From Gemmatimonadota bacterium (GTDB lineage Bacteria > Gemmatimonadota > Gemmatimonadetes > Gemmatimonadales > Gemmatimonadaceae), in the NCBI GenBank assembly GCA_040389905.1, contig JAZJZK010000006.1, positions 138,100 through 202,099 on the forward strand: a stretch of DNA of 64,000 nucleotides, in the 5' to 3' direction. Of this stretch, positions 58,060 to 64,000 are shown piece after piece (within the stretch, counting starts at the first letter, position 1; every line of letters begins with the position of its first letter). The notes below the pieces were generated by a model. That model was given only the letters and a program-made list of their open reading frames with translations, was not told the origin of the DNA and made no database searches. A program made the position numbers and the translations under genes.

Positions 58060-59988
58060 ATGACAGAACGAGCAACGCTCCTCCGCGCCATACCACTTGC
58101 GGCTACGCTCATCGCATTTGCCGTCGCGCCGTGCCTCCAGGCACAGCCAGGCGCAACGGCGCAAACGGCGATGACCCTCGCCGTGGACGCGACGGACGCG
58201 CCGATGAAGATCCTCCACGCGACCGTCACCATGCCTGCGCGCGCAGGGGCGATGTCGCTCTTCTACCCCAAGTGGATTCCCGGTGAGCACATGCCGTCGG
58301 GGCCGATCTCCAACCTCAACGGCCTCCACGTCTTCGCCGACGGCCGCGAGCTTGAGTGGCGGCGCGACCTCGTGGAGATGAACGCGATCGGCTTCACGGT
58401 GCCGGCAGGTTCTGCGACAGTCAGCGCGAGCTACGACTACACCGTTCCCAGCTCCGGGGGCGCATTTGGCTCGCTTCCGTCGACCAACGCAAAGATCGCG
58501 GTCATCAACTGGAATACCGTCCTTCTGTATCCCATGGGCGAGAATCCGTCGAGCGTCACGGTGACGGCGTCACTCAAGGCGCCGGCGAACTGGAAGCACG
58601 GTGGGGCCCTGGACGTTGCGTCGGTCGACCGCGCGACGATCCACTATGCGCCGACGCCGCTCGATATGCTCATCGATCACCCGGTGCTGCTCGGCGAATA
58701 CTTCCGCAGCATCACGCTGTGGTCTGCGAACTCACCGATGGGCGAGCACGTGCTCGACGTGGTCGCCGACCATGACTGGGCGCTCCGCTTTCCGGAGTCA
58801 CGCATCGAGATCTACAAGCGAATCGTGCAGGAAGAGCGCGCCGTGTTCGGCGGGGTTGGCCACTACCGGAAGTACCACTGGCTCCTCACCCTCAGCGACA
58901 ATCTCGGCGCATTCGGTGTTGAGCATCACGAGTCGGCGGATGATCGTGTCGCCGAGAATACGTTTGTGGACGATGATGCGGCGAAGCGGAGTTCGCTGCT
59001 GCTGCCGCACGAGTTCTTCCATTCGTGGAATGGAAAGGCGCGTCGCCCCGTTGGCCTGATCAATGGTGGGTACGAGAAGCCGATGAAGGATGACCTTCTC
59101 TGGGTGTACGAAGGACTGACGAACTACTATGGCGAGCTGCTGTCGGCGCGCTCTCGACTCATCTCACCGGACGAGTGGTTCGACGAAATCGCCGCTGACG
59201 CCATGACGCTCACGGCACCGGGGCGCACGTGGCGCTCGTTGCAGGATGCGGCTGATGCGTCGCCCTTTCTGTATACCGCAGGTGGCGGGTGGTACGGCAT
59301 GCGTCGCCAAGTGAATGGCGGGTTGCCCACCTTCTACAACGAGGGCACGCTCATCTGGCTGGAGGCGGACGTGATGATTCGCGCGCTGACCAACGGGAAG
59401 AAATCGCTCGACGATTTCTGCACGCTCTTCCACGGCCAGAGCGACAACGGCAAAGTGTGGGTGAAGCCGTACGATGCGGACGAGGTGTATCGCACGTTGA
59501 GCATGGTCGCGCCGAACGACTGGAAGAGCTTCTTCGAGAGGCGCCTCACGTCCAAGAGCGCAAGCATTCCACTCGGCGGGGTGGAACGCGGCGGCTACAC
59601 GCTCGTGTACACGGAGGCGCCGAACATCTTCACCGACCCGTGGGCGTTGGATGGTAGCTTGAATGCCTACGGCTCACTCGGCATTCACATCGCCGCGGAT
59701 GGTACGGTGGATGATGCGTGGCCAACCTTCCCGGCATTCAAGGCGGGCATCTCGAACGGAATGAGAATCATGGCAGTGAACGGGCGCCGCTTCTCGGTCG
59801 ACGAGGTGCGTCGTGCACTCGCCGATTCCAGGAGTGCCTCGACACCGATGGAATTCATCATCGACAACGCGGGCTATGTGAAGACGGTGCAGGTGGACTA
59901 TCATGGCGGTCTGCGTTATCCGCACCTCGAACGCGTGAGCGGCGTGCCCGACGTGCTCACGGCAATCGCGGCACCGAAGGTGAAGTAG
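58060..59988 (+). CDS. M61 family (glycyl aminopeptidase-like) metallopeptidase with PDZ domain
   Basis: PKWIPG, G.EH, HEFFHSWN, LWVYEG.T.YY and Y..G motifs, with a C-terminal PDZ (PAFKAGI..G..I.AVNG). Confidence 0.92.
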   Translation: MTERATLLRAIPLAATLIAFAVAPCLQAQPGATAQTAMTLAVDATDAPMKILHATVTMPARAGAMSLFYPKWIPGEHMPSGPISNLNGLHVFADGRELEWRRDLVEMNAIGFTVPAGSATVSASYDYTVPSSGGAFGSLPSTNAKIAVINWNTVLLYPMGENPSSVTVTASLKAPANWKHGGALDVASVDRATIHYAPTPLDMLIDHPVLLGEYFRSITLWSANSPMGEHVLDVVADHDWALRFPESRIEIYKRIVQEERAVFGGVGHYRKYHWLLTLSDNLGAFGVEHHESADDRVAENTFVDDDAAKRSSLLLPHEFFHSWNGKARRPVGLINGGYEKPMKDDLLWVYEGLTNYYGELLSARSRLISPDEWFDEIAADAMTLTAPGRTWRSLQDAADASPFLYTAGGGWYGMRRQVNGGLPTFYNEGTLIWLEADVMIRALTNGKKSLDDFCTLFHGQSDNGKVWVKPYDADEVYRTLSMVAPNDWKSFFERRLTSKSASIPLGGVERGGYTLVYTEAPNIFTDPWALDGSLNAYGSLGIHIAADGTVDDAWPTFPAFKAGISNGMRIMAVNGRRFSVDEVRRALADSRSASTPMEFIIDNAGYVKTVQVDYHGGLRYPHLERVSGVPDVLTAIAAPKVK

Positions 59989-60027
59989 GAGGTTGGACGA
60001 ACCAATTAACCAGGCTGGGGTGATGCT

Positions 60028-60957
60028 ATGAGGGTTCCGGTTTCATTCGGTGTGGGTCTGATCCTGGCGGCAACAGGCACCCACGTCACTGCCAGTACAA
60101 GCATTTTGTTCATTGGCAATAGCTTCACCTTCGGTTCGGGTTCCGCCGTCCGCTTCTACCGCAACGATACGGTGACGGACTTGAACAACGAAGGCACCGG
60201 CGGCGTGCCGGCGCTGTTCAAATCTTTCACGCAACAGGCGGGACTCGACTACGACGTCGCACTCGAAACGCGGGGCGGTACTGGTCTCGATTTTCATGTC
60301 GCGCAGAAGAGCAAGGAGATAAGCGCGCGTCCGTACGACAAGGTCGTGATGCACGGCTACAGTACGCTCGACGCCGAGAAGCCGCGCGATGCGGCCAAGC
60401 TGATTGCGACAAGTCAGCAAATGGCCGCGCTACTCCGCTCGAAGAATCCGAACGTCGACGTGTATCTGATGGCGACGTGGTCACGCCCCGACCAGACCTA
60501 CCCCAAGAATGGCGCGTGGGCCGGCCAGCCAATCGATGCGATGGGACACGACGTGCAGGCGGCGTACGTCAAGGCGGCTGCAACCGCTGGCATCAAGACC
60601 GTCATCCCGGTTGGCGAAGCGTTCAATCGCGCGATCGCGAATGGTGTCGCAGACCCAAACCCGTATGACGGAATCGACGCGCAAAAGCTGAATCTGTGGA
60701 CGTATGACTCGTATCACGCGAGCACGTACGGCTACTATCTGGAAGCACTGACGATCTTCGGCGCCGTCACCGGACGCGACCCACGGTCGCTGGGCGACAA
60801 CGAGTGTTCTGCGTTCGAGCTGGGCCTGTCGCGCGAGCAAGCCAAGTCCCTTCAGCAGATCGCGTTCGACGAGCTGAGTGCACGGAACATCAAAACGAGT
60901 TCCGTTGGTTCGGCAAAATCCGGTAACCCGCACCGCTGCGTCACGACGCCGCACTAA
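60028..60957 (+). CDS. Secreted SGNH-hydrolase-like protein (DUF4886-like)
   Basis: ILFIGNSFT, IPVGEAF and D.YH.S..G.YL motifs. Confidence 0.8.
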   Translation: MRVPVSFGVGLILAATGTHVTASTSILFIGNSFTFGSGSAVRFYRNDTVTDLNNEGTGGVPALFKSFTQQAGLDYDVALETRGGTGLDFHVAQKSKEISARPYDKVVMHGYSTLDAEKPRDAAKLIATSQQMAALLRSKNPNVDVYLMATWSRPDQTYPKNGAWAGQPIDAMGHDVQAAYVKAAATAGIKTVIPVGEAFNRAIANGVADPNPYDGIDAQKLNLWTYDSYHASTYGYYLEALTIFGAVTGRDPRSLGDNECSAFELGLSREQAKSLQQIAFDELSARNIKTSSVGSAKSGNPHRCVTTPH

Positions 60958-60978
60958 GAGGCTTTCGCTCATCGATCC

Positions 60979-61017
60979 TTGACCGAGCGCGACAAGTTGT
61001 ACAGATTTCCTGTACAA
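60979..61017 (+). promoter_or_regulatory. yefM-yoeB promoter/operator
   Basis: TTGACC at 60979-60984. Two TGTACA palindromes (60998-61003 and 61011-61016) form the inverted repeat TTGTACAG-N5-CTGTACAA. Confidence 0.75.
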
Positions 61018-61034
61018 GACGAGAGGGTAGAGCA

Positions 61035-61316
61035 ATGGCGGTTTCGGTGAGTTATAGCCACGCGCGCGAGCATCTGGCTGAGATCTGGGACGAAGTCGAG
61101 GATACGCGAGACGCGGCTGTCATCCAGCGCCGAGGTCATGAGGATATGGCTCTCATCCCGGCGGGCGAGTTGGCGAGCTTGCGGGAAACGGCGTATCTGC
61201 TGCGGTCACCGCGAAACGCGGCCCGCCTGCTGACCGCTCTTGCGCGCGCGCGAAAGGGCTCGACAAAGTCTCAGGATCTCACCGAACTCCGGACGCAACT
61301 TGGACTCGATGAGTAG
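61035..61316 (+). CDS. yefM: Phd/YefM family antitoxin
   Basis: SYS.AR.HL, I.RRG and SL.ET.YLLRSP.NA.RL..A motifs. Confidence 0.93.
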   Translation: MAVSVSYSHAREHLAEIWDEVEDTRDAAVIQRRGHEDMALIPAGELASLRETAYLLRSPRNAARLLTALARARKGSTKSQDLTELRTQLGLDE

Positions 61317-61344
61317 GACAATCGGCAGGTAGGCGAGATCCTCA

Positions 61345-61617
61345 ATGGCGGCAAAACGGAAGCGTAGTGCAGTTGTACAGGATGAGTGCCGCGAGGACAT
61401 CCGATACTGGGTGGACACAAATCGGAAGCTCGCGCTCCGCGTGCTCGACCTGATGGAAGCCACGATACGGGATCCGTACGAGGGGATTGGGAAGCCGGAG
61501 CATTTGAAACACATGGGGGGCAACGTGTGGTCCCGGCGCGTCACGGAGGTGGATCGGCTGGTTTACGAGGTCTTTGACGATCGAGTCGAGTTTCTTCAGG
61601 CACGCTATCACTATTGA
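61345..61617 (+). CDS. yoeB: Txe/YoeB family toxin
   Basis: ED..YW, RDPYEGIGKPE.LK, WSRR....RLVY and C-terminal RYHY motifs. Confidence 0.95.
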   Translation: MAAKRKRSAVVQDECREDIRYWVDTNRKLALRVLDLMEATIRDPYEGIGKPEHLKHMGGNVWSRRVTEVDRLVYEVFDDRVEFLQARYHY

Positions 61618-61700
61618 GGTCGTAGGACAGCATCAGGGCATCCGCGATGGATGCCCTGGTGCTGTTTTCGCAGCATACCGAAACACATCACCATGAGATC

Positions 61701-63317
61701 GTGACCCTTCTTTCCGTATCCAACGTCGGCATCTCCTTCGGTGCCACTGAACTCTTCAAGAACATCACCTTCACCGTCGCCGACGGCGAACGGTGGGGGA
61801 TTATCGGGCGCAACGGCGCCGGCAAGACGTCGATCTTCAAGGTCATTACCGGCGAGATCCAGCCCACGGTGGGCAGTGTCGCGCGCAAGCCGGGACTCCG
61901 GCACGCGCTGCTCGACCAGCACCGTGCCTTCGAGGGCGCCACCACGGTCTGGCAGGCCGGTGCGGCAGCCTGGCGCGAGGTCATGGCGCTCGAGCAGCGC
62001 ATTGCCGAGCAGGCGATCGAGCTCGGCGAACTGGGCGAGCGGGTCACTGACGACTTTCTCGACCGGTTCGGGCGCGACCAGGAGCGTTTCGCCGACCTCG
62101 GCGGCTACATCTACCACGCTCGGGTGGACGCAGTGCTCCAGGGACTCGGCTTCGACGCCGAGGAGTCCAAGACGCGCCTCGTGTCGTCACTCTCGGGGGG
62201 CGAGCGGGGGCGCGTCGGCCTCGCGGCGCAACTGATCGCGCCCGCCGACCTGCTGCTCCTCGACGAACCCACCAACCACCTCGACCTCGATACCACGACC
62301 TGGCTTCAGGAGTGGCTCAGCGAGGCCGACGAAACGGTGATCGTCGTATCGCACGATCGTGCATTCATGGACGCCATCTGCACGCACATCCTGCACGTTG
62401 AGGCGAAAACGAGCGAATCGTACAAGGGCAACTACAGCCAGTTCGTTCCGCAGCGTGCCGAACGCCGGCTGACGCGGGAGCGTGAGCTGGAGAAGCAGCG
62501 TGCATACGTGAAGAAGGAAGAGGAGTACATCAAGCGGAACATCGCCGGCGTGAACTCCTTCCAGGCGAAGGGCAAGCGTAAGCGGCTCGAGCGCCTGCCG
62601 CGCCTCGCGCCACCGCCGGGTGATCCAGCGGCGATGAGCCTCACCTTCGACGTCGCGGAGCGCGGTGGCGACCAGGTGGTGTCCGTCGAGGCGCTTCGCG
62701 TGGAGGTTCCGGGGCGCGTGCTGGTGGACGACTTCACCGCGGTGCTCCGGCGGAATGACTTCGTCGCGCTCGTCGGGCCGAACGGTGCGGGGAAGTCAAC
62801 GTTCATCTCCACGATTCTCGGCGATCTCGCGCCGGCGAGCGGCCAGGCGAGGATCGGCGGGTCAATCAAGCCTGCGTGGTTCCGGCAGGACTTGTCCGAC
62901 CTCCCGCTCCGCGCGTCGATGTTCGATGCGATCCAGGCGCAACGCGGGACCTGGAACCGGGGCCAGGTGCAGAACCATCTCGGCGCATTCGGTTTCACGG
63001 GGGAGGAAGTCTTCCGCGAAATCGGCACACTCAGCGGTGGCGAGCGCGCGCGGATGGCACTCGCGCTCATGACGCTCGAGCGCGCGAATCTCCTGGTGCT
63101 CGATGAGCCGACCAACCATCTCGACGTCGAGAACATCGAGGTGCTCGAAGATGCGCTCGACGAGTATGAGGGCACCGTGCTGCTGGTGAGCCACGACCGC
63201 GCGTTTCTGCGCGAGGTGGCGACTCGAGTGTGGGCGTTTGATGGGACGCGGCTCGTTGATTTCGACGGGCCGTTCATCGAATGGGAGGAGGATCGGGCGC
63301 GGCGGACGAGCCGTTGA
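61701..63317 (+). CDS. ABC-F family ATP-binding protein
   Basis: Two NBDs (GRNGAGKT and [14 protein letters not shown] x2; LDEPTNHLD x2; SHDR x2) and no TM segments. Confidence 0.95.
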   Translation: MTLLSVSNVGISFGATELFKNITFTVADGERWGIIGRNGAGKTSIFKVITGEIQPTVGSVARKPGLRHALLDQHRAFEGATTVWQAGAAAWREVMALEQRIAEQAIELGELGERVTDDFLDRFGRDQERFADLGGYIYHARVDAVLQGLGFDAEESKTRLVSSLSGGERGRVGLAAQLIAPADLLLLDEPTNHLDLDTTTWLQEWLSEADETVIVVSHDRAFMDAICTHILHVEAKTSESYKGNYSQFVPQRAERRLTRERELEKQRAYVKKEEEYIKRNIAGVNSFQAKGKRKRLERLPRLAPPPGDPAAMSLTFDVAERGGDQVVSVEALRVEVPGRVLVDDFTAVLRRNDFVALVGPNGAGKSTFISTILGDLAPASGQARIGGSIKPAWFRQDLSDLPLRASMFDAIQAQRGTWNRGQVQNHLGAFGFTGEEVFREIGTLSGGERARMALALMTLERANLLVLDEPTNHLDVENIEVLEDALDEYEGTVLLVSHDRAFLREVATRVWAFDGTRLVDFDGPFIEWEEDRARRTSR

Positions 63318-63442
63318 CGGCTTGACGGCTTGACGGCCAACGACGTACGGCGTACAGGACCAGCACCGCGTATGATCAACGGCGTACTGATAACGGCGTA
63401 CGGAGAACGGCGTACGGATAACGGCGTAGGAATACCGGCGGA
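63314..63442 (+). repeat. Left tandem array: TTGACGGC x3, then a 14-bp-period AACGGCGTA array
   Basis: AACGGCGTA starts at 63378, 63392, 63406 and 63420, with degenerate in-register units at 63364 and 63434. Confidence 0.92.
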
Positions 63443-63546
63443 CGAAATAAGTACGCGACGGTTCAAAAAAACGCGCGGCACGAAAACGATACAGCGCGCA
63501 ATGAAAGGATGCGGCGTTCGCAAAGCGAATGCCGCATCATTGCTTC

Positions 63547-63906
63547 ATGCACAACTTCAAAGAACTTCGCGTCTGGCATGTCGCCTCGGACCTCGCGGTC
63601 GAAATCGAGCCGTTGACGAGGGCTTTGCCGCGGCCAAACGCCACCGAACTTGCGGGCCAGCTCCGACGGAGTGCGCTATCGATTCCGTCGAACATCGCAG
63701 AGGGTTGCGGCAGGGCCACACGCCCCGATAGCGTCAGGTTTTTCGGAATGGCTCTATCCTCAGCGACAGAGACCGAGAGCCACCTGCTCATTGCCGGCAA
63801 AAGCGGCTATCTCACCGCGAAGCGGCTGCGCCCGCTTCTCGACCGGGTTATCGTGATCGAAAAAATGATCCAGTCGTTGATCGACCGCCTTCCTCCCGGC
63901 GAATGA
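63547..63906 (+). CDS. Four helix bundle protein (23S rRNA IVP / Avd-like family)
   Basis: 119 aa; NFKELRVW..A, LAGQLRRSALSIPSNIAEGCGR, RF..MA..S..E.ESHL and KMI.SL motifs. Confidence 0.94.
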   Translation: MHNFKELRVWHVASDLAVEIEPLTRALPRPNATELAGQLRRSALSIPSNIAEGCGRATRPDSVRFFGMALSSATETESHLLIAGKSGYLTAKRLRPLLDRVIVIEKMIQSLIDRLPPGE

Positions 63907-63945
63907 TGTCCACGTTGGGCGTTCCCTTCGGTACCCGGTACTGCG

Positions 63946-64000
63946 TACGCCGTTGATCCTACGCCGTTGATCCTACGCCGTTGATCCTACGCCGTTGATC
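63946..64000 (-). repeat. Right tandem array (TACGCCGTTGATCC)n, reverse complement of the left array; truncated by the window edge
   Basis: Perfect units at 63946, 63960 and 63974, plus 13 of 14 nt at 63988. Confidence 0.95.

Noticed and set aside
35703..63906. Diversity-generating retroelement or 23S rRNA intervening sequence suggested by the Avd/IVP-like genes
   Set aside because: No reverse transcriptase, TR/VR pair or rRNA sequence is visible in the window. Sequence beyond 64000 is unseen.
63364..64000. CRISPR array
   Set aside because: Units are 14-bp head-to-tail repeats without unique spacers of about 30 bp, and there are no cas genes.
1..64000. tRNA, rRNA, riboswitch, prophage or integron
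   Set aside because: I recognised no cloverleaf, rRNA signature, phage gene, integrase or attC-like periodic sites by eye. A covariance-model search would be needed to exclude small ncRNAs.

Overview
GC-rich bacterial chromosomal window. The gene content suggests Gemmatimonadota, but that is inference only. I found no rRNA, tRNA, CRISPR array, integrase or transposase. Coding content from left to right: FN3/secreted protein, lipoprotein, orphan pstS; M48 protease; TrmH, pilD, Zn-protease-like gene; a translationally coupled GT4/MCP/PAP2/GT4/DUF2334/GT4 cluster; many secreted peptidases (three M20, two ABC-permease/M1 fusions with their ATPases, M13-like, M61, CocE/NonD); a hemicellulose locus (GH67, esterase, GH127, GH51, Zn-dehydrogenase, GH29, GH43); a PEP-CTERM protein; two Uma2 genes; yefM-yoeB; ABC-F; and two four-helix-bundle (23S-IVP/Avd-like) genes. 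The most unusual signal is non-coding. (i) The four-helix-bundle gene at 63547-63906 is bracketed by mutually inverted 14-bp (2x7) tandem arrays. (ii) A GAGC-hexamer element with a conserved 21-bp core recurs at 7 intergenic sites plus a remnant, often starts exactly at a stop codon, and precedes the other four-helix-bundle gene. (iii) One copy of it is split by a 168-bp MITE (AGCT target duplication) that itself carries a REP-like hairpin. (iv) A 106-bp element with perfect 27-bp inverted ends sits where one Uma2 gene loses homology. Start codons were refined by eye, and product calls come from motif recognition, not database searches.
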